Shown: positions 16,184 through 25,650 of the stretch, one piece after another | How positions within the stretch are numbered: position 1 is the stretch's first letter | Layout of the letters: each line of letters begins with the position of its first letter | Origin: a bacterium | GTDB lineage: Bacteria > UBA9089 > CG2-30-40-21 | DNA: 36,554 nt | Direction: 5' to 3' | Assembly (NCBI GenBank): GCA_018814245.1 | Contig: JAHIZN010000215.1 | Span: 1-36,554 of the forward strand | The notes under the pieces: model-generated | The model's input: the letters and a program-made list of their open reading frames with translations, nothing else | Told to the model about the DNA's origin: nothing | Database searches by the model: none | Position numbers and translations under genes: made by a program

Positions 16184-17809
16184 TTACTGACATTCCTGCT
16201 TCAATCGTGGAATATGTCCCCTGCCCATACCCTTGACCTCGCATCCCAATCTCAGGTATTCCTTGATACTTGCATCAGAAAGGATACAGAAACAATCAAC
16301 AATTGCCACAGGCTTACCAATCATTTCTACTAATTTGCTTGGTTCAATCTTGAGGTACTCTTCATGTGGAACGGCAAAAATTACACAATCAATATCTTTC
16401 AGGCAGGCAGATAAATCCTGCTGCACCCTCAAGTTCTTTAATTCTTCCTGATTTTGGAAGAAGCGTGACCATGAATGACCTGGAGACGGATATGTGTCCT
16501 GCTTTTCAAGCTCCCACCAGTGAGATACATAAGGGTCATGAACAGAAACACTTGCCTTCATTTCTGTGAGCTTGCGAACAACAACCTCGGATCCGCTGTA
16601 TCGTGTATCCCCAACATCCTTTCGATAGGAGGCACCCATTAAAAGGATCGATGCACACTCAACCCCTTTGTTCATACCCTTTAATGCATCCTGGACAAGC
16701 TCGGCGACATGAAGGCTGCGGGTATCATTGATATTTATTGCCATGGTCGTAATCTTGAATATCTTGTCATCAAACCCAAGGATATTATTGTATGCCCACG
16801 CCCCAAGTGCCCCATCCTTTGGCAGGCAATACCCGCCAATACCAGGACCAGGAAAGATGATATTGTTATGGGTTGGCCGTACCTTTATGGCATTAACAAC
16901 CTTGATGAGATCTATCCCGTTTTGCTCGGCAAACAGACTCCATTCATCAAGAAATGCAAGCATGGTTGCCCGAAAGCTATTTTCCACTATCTTGGCTGTT
17001 TCAGATTCAATGGGTCTGTCTAAGACGGTTAATGGATACTTTTCCGTATTAAGTACCTCATTAAGAAACTTGGTTACCAACCCCCTGCTCTTTTCATTCA
17101 CCCCGCTGCAAACCCGCCAGAAATCACGAATAGAGCTGACATAATCCCGTCCAGGCATAACCCGTTCATAGGAATGGGCAAGTAATGGCTCTGAATCAAT
17201 TCCTCTGTTCTTAAACTCTTCTTGCAAAAGAGGATACGCAACAAACTCGGTCGTACCCGGGGCAACGGTAGTCTCAATCAGAACAAGAGCATCTTTTGGA
17301 ATATTTTGTCCAATAACTTGAATAGATTTTTTCAAGGCATCCATATCTGCATGTCCGGTAGAAAGGTCACCCATGGATTCTTTGAGATAGTCACACTGAA
17401 CATCTACTACTACCACATCAGCCAGTTTAAGGACATCATGGGTATAGGTAGCCATAAGTGTTTCCTTTTCCTTTACACACCGCTGGATTATTTTCTCTAC
17501 CTCTGGATCCTCTGCCTTGACCGGGGATATACCCTCATTGAGATAGTGTATCTTCCAGAAAGACCGAATTGAGGGTCGCTGCATCCCAATAACAAACTTT
17601 TTTGGCTTTCCAGTGTTCTTGTCCACGCTGTCTGCCACCACACCAGCCATAACCGCACCCACAAACCCAACACCAACAACCACTACGATCTCATACCCTT
17701 GTTCCCGCTTCTTGCTTACAATTTCCTGCAGCCGATCATACTCCTGAATATACTCATCAGATGTTGGCAAGGCAAATCCCCTGCCGTCAGGACTTGTTGA
17801 ATATTCCAT
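16184..17809 (-). CDS. Nucleotide-sugar dehydrogenase (UDP-glucose/GDP-mannose dehydrogenase family)
   Basis: Rossmann motif GVGFVGAVMAG and catalytic-Cys motif GIGGYCLPKDG. The start is placed at the ATG at 17809, which is preceded by AGGAGG, rather than at the track start 17848. Confidence 0.8.
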   Translation of the reverse strand: MEYSTSPDGRGFALPTSDEYIQEYDRLQEIVSKKREQGYEIVVVVGVGFVGAVMAGVVADSVDKNTGKPKKFVIGMQRPSIRSFWKIHYLNEGISPVKAEDPEVEKIIQRCVKEKETLMATYTHDVLKLADVVVVDVQCDYLKESMGDLSTGHADMDALKKSIQVIGQNIPKDALVLIETTVAPGTTEFVAYPLLQEEFKNRGIDSEPLLAHSYERVMPGRDYVSSIRDFWRVCSGVNEKSRGLVTKFLNEVLNTEKYPLTVLDRPIESETAKIVENSFRATMLAFLDEWSLFAEQNGIDLIKVVNAIKVRPTHNNIIFPGPGIGGYCLPKDGALGAWAYNNILGFDDKIFKITTMAININDTRSLHVAELVQDALKGMNKGVECASILLMGASYRKDVGDTRYSGSEVVVRKLTEMKASVSVHDPYVSHWWELEKQDTYPSPGHSWSRFFQNQEELKNLRVQQDLSACLKDIDCVIFAVPHEEYLKIEPSKLVEMIGKPVAIVDCFCILSDASIKEYLRLGCEVKGMGRGHIPRLKQECQ

Positions 17810-17855
17810 AATTTTCCTCCTAATATTTGATTGGTGAGGTGTTCTCACCTTATTA

Positions 17856-20800
17856 TTATAATTCCAGCATCCTCAAATTTTGCTCTATACTTTTTCTCTT
17901 TGCCTCAAGCAATTCCCCTTGTTCCTTAGCCTTATCCACTACCTCCTGTGGTGCCTTATCAACGAAGCCTGGATTGCTCAACTTAGCCTGAACACCACTC
18001 AACGCTTGTGTTATCTCTTCCAATTGCTTTTTAAGCCGTAATCGCTCCTTCTCCAGATCAATCAATCCCTCTAATGGGATGTAAATCTCCATGTCTTTTG
18101 CCACAGCCACGGCTGATGCGTGTGGTTTCTCTGCTTCTGGGTCAAAGACAATTGTTTCTATATTGCCGAGTCGTTTGATATACTCGATGCATGATTTAAG
18201 CACATCAGCTGTCTCATCCAAAGAATGTTTGACCATGATTATCGGCAATCTCATTTTTGGCAAAATATTCATCATGGAGCGAATATTGCGGATAGCACTA
18301 ATTATCTCCATAACCAATTCCATATCCTCAATGGCTTTTGGATTAATTAATCCTGGCTTTGGCCATTTAGAGAGCATGATCGTTGACTCAGAGGGCAAAC
18401 GCGGCAGCCTTTGCCACAACTCTTCGGTAATAAACGGCATAAATGGATGAAGCAGCTTCAGGATAGACTCAAAGGTTGTTGCCAATAGATATTGCACTGT
18501 TTTCTTTGTCTCATCATCCTGCCTCAACCTCGGCTTAACCAGCTCAAGATACCAATCACAATATTCATGCCAGACAAAGTGATAGATGGTAGCAGATGCT
18601 TCTGCAAAGTTGAAAGCCTCGAGTCCCATAGTAACCTGTTCAATTGTCTGATTAAGCCGCGAAACGATCCACTTATCAGCTATCTCTTTTTGATTATCAG
18701 GGCAGACACACCTTGAATCGGGAATCTCGAATCGCGAATCGTGAATCTGAAGAAAACCTGGCTCCTGCTTATCAGGGCAGACACAGGGGTCTGCCCCTAC
18801 AGGGGCAGGTTTGGAATCTGCCCCTACAGGGGCAGGTTTGGAATCTGCCCCTACAAGGGCAGGTTTGGAACCTGCCCCTACTGTGCCTCTTGCATCCTGC
18901 CTCCTATCTTCTCTGTATTCTGAATTCTGACTCCTGAATTCTGACTCCTGAATTCTCTGTTCCCCTGCCTCATCCCCATCCAGATTCATAAGGATAAACC
19001 TTGCTGCATTCCAGAGTTTATTGCAAAAGTGCTTATATCCCTCTATCCGTTCCTCAGCAAGCAGAATGTCTCGCCCCTGTACGGCCATAATGGCTAAGGT
19101 AAACCGAAGGGCATCGGTACCATAATCATCAATAACATGAAGCGGGTCAATAACATTGCCCTTTGATTTACTCATCTTTTGACCCTCGGCATCCCGAATC
19201 AGGGCATGGATGTAAACCTTGTGAAAGGGGATATCCCTTTGAAATTTCAAGCCCATCATGATCATTCTGGCAACCCAGAAAAAGATGATGTCAAAACCGG
19301 TAGAAAGGACGCTGGTAGGATAAAATTGCTTGAGGTCAGGGGTATCGTCAGGCCAGCCAAGCGTGGAAAATGGCCAAAGGGCAGAGGAAAACCATGTATC
19401 AAGCACATCCTCATCCTGTTTTAGCTCACCACCACAGGCAGTGCAGGCACAAGGGTCTTCCCTTTCCACCAATACCTTGCCGCACTGCTGGCAATACCAG
19501 ACAGGTATACGGTGTCCCCACCATATTTGTCTGGAGATACACCAATCCTTGATATTCCTCATCCATTCAAAGTATGTTTTTTCCCAGCTTTTAGGGATAA
19601 ATTCTACCCTGCCATCCTCTACTGCCTTGATTGCCTCCTCAGCCAAATTATTCATCCGAACAAACCATTGAGGGGAAAGATATGGCTCAACAATAGTATG
19701 GCATCGATAGCAATGTCCTATAGATAAGGCATGTTCTTCAATCTTTTCCACAAGCCCTTGCCCTTGCAGGTCTTGTATCAGATTCTTGCGGCACTCATAC
19801 CTGTCCTGTCCCTGATAGTGTCCAGCGTTTTCATTCATGGTGGCATCAGGGTTCAGGATATTTATTTGCGGTAAATTATGTCTCTTGCCAATCTCAAAAT
19901 CGTTGGGATCATGGGATGGGGTAACCTTTACCGCACCAGTACCAAATTCAGGCTCAACAAAAGAATCAGCAATAATAGGTATCCTGCGATTTAATACAGG
20001 CAATATCACATATTTTCCAATCAATCTGCGATACCTTTCGTCCTCCGGGTTTACTGCAACTGCGGTATCACCAAGCATGGTTTCCGGGCGGGTGGTAGCT
20101 ACAACAATGTAGGATTTTGGATTTGTTGTATCTGCGGTGATATTTTCTTCATCTTGTAGCTGCAGGGTGACAGGGGTGCTACCCACTTGTTCATGGATTT
20201 CATCTTCTTGCTCCTCAAGAGCATTTGGGCAGACACATAGGTCTGCCCCTACTACGGGATACCTGAGATAATACAGATGTCCATTTATATCCTTATGCTC
20301 TGCCTCAATATCTGAGAGTGCGGTATGGCATCTGGGACACCAGTTAACGATATAGTTATCTCGATAGATAAGCCCTTCCTCGTAGAGTCTGACAAAAACC
20401 TCTCTAACTGCCCTTGACAATCCATCATCCATGGTAAATCTTGTTTTTGACCAATCGCAGGATGAGCCAAGCCGTTTTAGCTGATGAATAATTATATCAC
20501 CATACTGTTTTTTCCATTCCCATACCCGTTTGATAAACTCTTCGCGTCCTAAATCGTTTCGGGTTAATCCCTGCTTTTTCAGCTCTCGTTCTACTACATT
20601 CTGGGTAGCAATGCCGGCATGGTCTGTACCCGGTACCCACAGGACATTTATCCCTTGCATCCGTTTCCATCGAGCCAGAATATCCTGAATAGTATTATTC
20701 AGGGCATGTCCCATATGGAGTGAGCCGGTTATATTTGGCGGTGGAATAACCATGGAAAAGCACGGCTTATCATCCCACTCGCTTGGCAGAAAACAATTAT

Positions 20801-20876
20801 TCTCTTCCCAGTACTTGTACCATTTTTCTTCTACATCTTGCGGTTCATATGCCTTTGGAATATCCAGTATGTTCAT
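17856..20876 (-). CDS. valS: Valine--tRNA ligase carrying two in-frame repeat-derived insertions
   Basis: Contains PPPNITGSLHMGHAL (HIGH), QKMSKSKGN (KMSKS), VATTRPETMLGD and a C-terminal coiled coil. The start is set at the ATG at 20876 (MNILDIPKAYEP, SD GGGAG). The track start at 20963 would overlap the upstream toxin gene. Confidence 0.9.
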   Translation of the reverse strand: MNILDIPKAYEPQDVEEKWYKYWEENNCFLPSEWDDKPCFSMVIPPPNITGSLHMGHALNNTIQDILARWKRMQGINVLWVPGTDHAGIATQNVVERELKKQGLTRNDLGREEFIKRVWEWKKQYGDIIIHQLKRLGSSCDWSKTRFTMDDGLSRAVREVFVRLYEEGLIYRDNYIVNWCPRCHTALSDIEAEHKDINGHLYYLRYPVVGADLCVCPNALEEQEDEIHEQVGSTPVTLQLQDEENITADTTNPKSYIVVATTRPETMLGDTAVAVNPEDERYRRLIGKYVILPVLNRRIPIIADSFVEPEFGTGAVKVTPSHDPNDFEIGKRHNLPQINILNPDATMNENAGHYQGQDRYECRKNLIQDLQGQGLVEKIEEHALSIGHCYRCHTIVEPYLSPQWFVRMNNLAEEAIKAVEDGRVEFIPKSWEKTYFEWMRNIKDWCISRQIWWGHRIPVWYCQQCGKVLVEREDPCACTACGGELKQDEDVLDTWFSSALWPFSTLGWPDDTPDLKQFYPTSVLSTGFDIIFFWVARMIMMGLKFQRDIPFHKVYIHALIRDAEGQKMSKSKGNVIDPLHVIDDYGTDALRFTLAIMAVQGRDILLAEERIEGYKHFCNKLWNAARFILMNLDGDEAGEQRIQESEFRSQNSEYREDRRQDARGTVGAGSKPALVGADSKPAPVGADSKPAPVGADPCVCPDKQEPGFLQIHDSRFEIPDSRCVCPDNQKEIADKWIVSRLNQTIEQVTMGLEAFNFAEASATIYHFVWHEYCDWYLELVKPRLRQDDETKKTVQYLLATTFESILKLLHPFMPFITEELWQRLPRLPSESTIMLSKWPKPGLINPKAIEDMELVMEIISAIRNIRSMMNILPKMRLPIIMVKHSLDETADVLKSCIEYIKRLGNIETIVFDPEAEKPHASAVAVAKDMEIYIPLEGLIDLEKERLRLKKQLEEITQALSGVQAKLSNPGFVDKAPQEVVDKAKEQGELLEAKRKSIEQNLRMLEL
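18791..18883. repeat. 27-bp tandem repeat (3.4 copies) inside valS
   Basis: The unit ctgcccctacaggggcaggtttggaat occurs at 18791, 18818 and 18845, with a partial copy at 18872. It encodes the in-frame 9-aa repeats GADSKPAPV. Confidence 0.95.
20227..20252. repeat. Family E repeat copy inside the valS coding sequence
   Basis: gggcagacacataggtctgcccctac is identical over 26 nt to the intergenic copy at 6670-6695. It is translated as part of VVGADLCVCPN. Confidence 0.95.
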
Positions 20877-20901
20877 TGTGTTACTCCCGCTTAAGTTAAA
20901 A

Positions 20902-22173
<1,272 letters not shown>

Positions 22174-22342
22174 TGTGTTTTTTCCTACAATAATGGCATC
22201 CCTTCGGGATTTACAAGTTAATCAATCATTTGTAGTTATTGTCAAACATCACCAAAAAACCTGAAAAATCTGTGTTTACCTCGATAGATGATTCCCTGTC
22301 TTGTGGGGTTCATCTGCGTCCCACAAATAATTGCTTGAAAAA

Positions 22343-22435
22343 TGGCGGAGAGGGAGAGATTCGAACTCTCGGTAAGGTTTTAAGCCCTACAACTGCTTAG
22401 CAGGCAGCCCCGATCGGCCACTCCGGCACCTCTCC
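22343..22435 (-). tRNA. tRNA-Ser (anticodon GCT)
   Basis: The reverse complement reads GGAGAGG...CTGCTAA anticodon loop...long variable arm...GAGAGTTCGAATCTCTC-CCTCTCC-G-CCA. Confidence 0.9.
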
Positions 22436-22840
22436 GTGTTTAATACTAAGTAATCGTTCAGCTGTCAGTGGAAAGCCCAAGACTATAAAATCAAGAGACA
22501 GAGGGCAAGCACGGGGCATTGCCCCTACGCCTTTCTGTGCCAGGGGTGCGATTACCTCTGCCATGGGTGGATATACCCTCTTTTATGCCGTAATGCCTAT
22601 CCCCCGATAGCGACTTATCCTTACCCACAAGTCCAACCACCATTAATTCAGCAATTCAACAATTGACAATTACTGAATTGCTGAATTGTTGAATTGTTAA
22701 TCATTTTGTGGTACATGCTTCTGTTGTTTTGCAGCATTTCCCATCAGAATTCCATCCCCCAAAGATGTGAGTAAGGATAAGCGTTGGCAAGGGATTAGGG
22801 GGTGGTGCTAAAGGCTGACTGCTTAAAAAGTAAACTCTTA

Positions 22841-23221
22841 CTATTTTACTAACGCATGTGGAAAATTTGGACTATCTGGATTTACTATCAGCTTTCTATG
22901 ACCTGGAGATATAATTAAATCCATATCTTCCATGTGAACAGCCCCAAGAAGAATCTCATCGCCCAAAACTAATGCTCCTACAAAGCAATTTCTGTTTTCA
23001 AAAAATACTTCAATGGGACCAACATAAGGAACCATTTGTTTTCTACCATCTGCGGTTGTTACCTCACGCTGGCTATTAATCTCTAACTTGAGCTGAAGTG
23101 CAATATGTTCTGGAATACATAAAGTCAAAGCCCCTGTATCAACCATTGCTTTAACTGTAATTATTTTAAGATCTGGCAAGCGAGGATTCTTTAACTTTAT
23201 TTCTGCATGAATATATCCCAT
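22841..23221 (-). CDS. Retropepsin-like (clan AA) aspartic protease
   Basis: The VDTGA active-site motif sits in a roughly 125-aa single-domain protein. The start is placed at the ATG at 23221, preceded by GAGGAG. The TTG start at 23236 in the track is less likely. Confidence 0.7.
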   Translation of the reverse strand: MGYIHAEIKLKNPRLPDLKIITVKAMVDTGALTLCIPEHIALQLKLEINSQREVTTADGRKQMVPYVGPIEVFFENRNCFVGALVLGDEILLGAVHMEDMDLIISPGHRKLIVNPDSPNFPHALVK

Positions 23222-23247
23222 AAAGTATCTCCTCAACTCTGCCTTTC

Positions 23248-23337
23248 TGGCGGCGGGAGTAGGAGTCGAACCTACGGACAGGTTACCCCGTCAACGGTTT
23301 TCAAGACCGCCGCATTAAACCACTCTGCCATCCCGCC
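23248..23337 (-). tRNA. tRNA-Ser (anticodon TGA)
   Basis: The reverse complement reads GGCGGGA...GCGGT-CTTGAAA-ACCGT...long variable arm...GTAGGTTCGACTCCTAC-TCCCGCC-G-CCA. Confidence 0.9.
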
Positions 23338-23561
23338 ATTTTTTGATCTGTGCAGTTAAGATTTATCTCGCAGATTACGCAGATTTCACAGATTAAAGAA
23401 CAAATCGCTTATACCTTAAGCTTTCTGCTACAACGCTTAGAAGAAGCTTATGTTTAATTATGCAATAGAATCTTTCTTGTTCATCTCCATTGATACTTCT
23501 TAATTTGTGAAATCTGCGTAATTTGCGTAATCTGCGAGATATTCCCTATTGTTATCCTGTC

Positions 23562-24524
23562 CTAAAATTTCACCGTAGCCGACAAAAAATGTGTTCCGTC
23601 ACCATCTGATTCCAGTAGACCATAATCAATCTGATACAGCATATTCGGTGCGGTTGAGCCCTCTGCCGGCTTACTTTTTAGTCCAAGTCCAATGGTATGA
23701 AAGCTCCTTCCATAAAACCCTGCCCTGATAGCTAATTTATCTGTCAGCCATCTCTCTGCCCCAATCCTGACCTCGCTTTGCAGCTCATGAGCATACACAT
23801 CCTTAATATTCAAATAATAGATGTCCATGGAAATAATGGTATCTTTATCAGGCATCCATGCTATTCCTGGCCTGAAATTGCGGGCATGCCTCATAGAACC
23901 AAACTCATTGCCAAAGCTACACTTGGGCTTATTAACATCCTGGATTAATAAGCCAAGAGTAATCTCATCTGATAGCTTATGCAAAAATCCAAGGTCAAAT
24001 CCGGTTGCATTAGCCACATATCCCATGCCCTCACGCGTAGTCTTACCACTCACCATCATCGCCAAGTTATCCCTTCTCTCTAAGGCATGAGAATATCTGC
24101 GGATATTTACACCCATAGCTGTATTCTCAAACAACCCTGTTCCCCAGCCTCCAATAGAAAGCGTCATCCAGTCATCATTAGTATAATAATTATACGGATC
24201 AGTATCAGTACCAGAATTAATGTAAGTATATGGATTTATTGCCTTAACATGGCTTACGCCAATCCCGCCGTTTCCAATTTTCATTCCGCCAGCAGCCCAG
24301 TTCTGGTAATTAATAACAGCCTTATTATTCAATGTTTGCATGTATGTCAGCTCTGTTCCCTGAAGGTTGCCCATGCCGGCAGGGTTCCAGTAACAGGAAT
24401 GAATATCATCAGCCACAGCCACAAATGCCCCACCCATAGACAGGGGTCTTGCCCCAAGACAGGCTTCTGTTGTTCCACCATAACCAATCATCACCAAGAT
24501 GCTATACAATAGTAACCTTTTCAT
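23562..24524 (-). CDS. Outer-membrane beta-barrel protein (FadL/PorV-like)
   Basis: Signal peptide, N-terminal GARPLSMGGAFVAVADDIHSCYWNPAGMG motif, alternating beta-strand pattern, and a C-terminal Phe (TVKF). Confidence 0.6.
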   Translation of the reverse strand: MKRLLLYSILVMIGYGGTTEACLGARPLSMGGAFVAVADDIHSCYWNPAGMGNLQGTELTYMQTLNNKAVINYQNWAAGGMKIGNGGIGVSHVKAINPYTYINSGTDTDPYNYYTNDDWMTLSIGGWGTGLFENTAMGVNIRRYSHALERRDNLAMMVSGKTTREGMGYVANATGFDLGFLHKLSDEITLGLLIQDVNKPKCSFGNEFGSMRHARNFRPGIAWMPDKDTIISMDIYYLNIKDVYAHELQSEVRIGAERWLTDKLAIRAGFYGRSFHTIGLGLKSKPAEGSTAPNMLYQIDYGLLESDGDGTHFLSATVKF

Positions 24525-24588
24525 CTGTTTCCTCCCTAAATAGAATCCAGTAGTCAGAATACAGGATTAAGAATGAAAGAACCTGCAT

Positions 24589-25065
24589 CTATTCTGTATT
24601 CCGAATTCTGTCATTCTCTGTCCACAACATTTCATACACCAGAGCAATTATCAATCCAATAACCAAGCTATTTATTAATCCAGCAACCACCCACAATACA
24701 GTCATTTCACCTGGTATAAGCATAAAATTTTTCACTGTTCCCGGAAATTCACCAATTGCCCAGATAATAAGCCCAAAAAATATACCCTTAACCACTCTCC
24801 TGCCCGGCAGGCTATCGTGAAGGATAGCGAACAGGCATCCAAAAAGGATACCAATGAGCATATCAACCAACCATATCTTTGATTCCCAGTAGGTAGCCGG
24901 CTTAAACAGCTTCCATAGCTGGGAAAAGGCATACGGCATTTCAGCCTTCAGGGCAATATAGACCTTTTCAAAGGCTTTCCATTCAAGGACACTAATCCCA
25001 ATCTTTAATCCTCCGGCAATTAAACCGGCAATAAATCCCCTCAGGAATCTCATCTGCAACCTCAT
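24589..25065 (-). CDS. Hypothetical 4-TM membrane protein
   Basis: Four hydrophobic helices and no recognisable motif. The start may be the second Met (MRFLRG). Confidence 0.5.
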   Translation of the reverse strand: MRLQMRFLRGFIAGLIAGGLKIGISVLEWKAFEKVYIALKAEMPYAFSQLWKLFKPATYWESKIWLVDMLIGILFGCLFAILHDSLPGRRVVKGIFFGLIIWAIGEFPGTVKNFMLIPGEMTVLWVVAGLINSLVIGLIIALVYEMLWTENDRIRNTE

Positions 25066-25130
25066 CTGCTAACTAACGATAGAATTCAGCGGTGGTGAGT
25101 TAGTACCATCCACTGCAACAATTTATTAGG

Positions 25131-25310
25131 TTACTTCAATCCTAAATGTTTTCTGATATGTTTTACCAAGTTGTTATCAATCTCTGTGTGTCTTGGAACA
25201 GGTTGTTTCTGCCCAGTAACAGAATTTATATAAAGATCGTGATTAGCTCCTGTTCTTAAGAAAATACAACCATCTTTTATGAGTTGACGAATGAATTCTT
25301 TCTGCTTCAT
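25131..25310 (-). CDS. hicA: HicA-family mRNA interferase toxin (59 aa, below the ORF-track cutoff)
   Basis: Hand translation gives MKQKEFIRQLIKDGCIFLRTGANHDLYINSVTGQKQPVPRHTEIDNNLVKHIRKHLGLK. It is co-linear with E. coli HicA as I recall it (MKQSEF...GSNH...MPRH...LGL). ATGA overlap with the upstream gene. Confidence 0.8.
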   Translation of the reverse strand: MKQKEFIRQLIKDGCIFLRTGANHDLYINSVTGQKQPVPRHTEIDNNLVKHIRKHLGLK

Positions 25311-25504
25311 ACGGCAACTTCTTTCATCCTATACTGTTCAGGCACATTATCCATAGCCATTAACAGGTATGCATCTTTAATATTTTCTTCTAATTCAGAG
25401 AGAGTCTCTCCTTGAGTCATAATTTCTGGATGTGCAAAAAGTTTTCCCAGCCAAAATTTCTCTCCCTTCCAGTAAATCATAGCCATTTTTGTTTTCATGA
25501 CCAT
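25307..25504 (-). CDS. hicB: HicB-like antitoxin (UPF0150 N-terminal domain only)
   Basis: IYWKGEKFWLGKLFAHPEIMTQGETLSELEENIKDAY matches the HicB N-terminal fold pattern. No DNA-binding domain is present. The true start may be the ATG at 25498. Confidence 0.7.
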   Translation of the reverse strand: MVMKTKMAMIYWKGEKFWLGKLFAHPEIMTQGETLSELEENIKDAYLLMAMDNVPEQYRMKEVAV

Positions 25505-25525
25505 TTCTCCATTATTCAGATTTTA

Positions 25526-25553
25526 GTAGAGACGCAAGATATTGTGTCTCTAC
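25526..25553. repeat. Family B hairpin copy
   Basis: gtagagacgcaagatattgtgtctctac, with one G-U-type mismatch relative to the other copies. Confidence 0.85.
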
Positions 25554-25650
25554 GGATAACGGATATTTGTTGTTATTCGTTAAATTCGCTTTCTCTCAAT
25601 CAAATCTGCGTTATCCGTAAAATCTGCGTACTAAAATTGCAGCCCATCCC

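Noticed and set aside
18713-18937. Plus-strand ORFs with striking peptide repeats (LPLQGQVWN x3 and GICPYRGRF x3).
   Set aside because: They are alternative-frame or antisense readings of the 27-bp tandem repeat inside valS. The valS frame is continuous and conserved on both sides.
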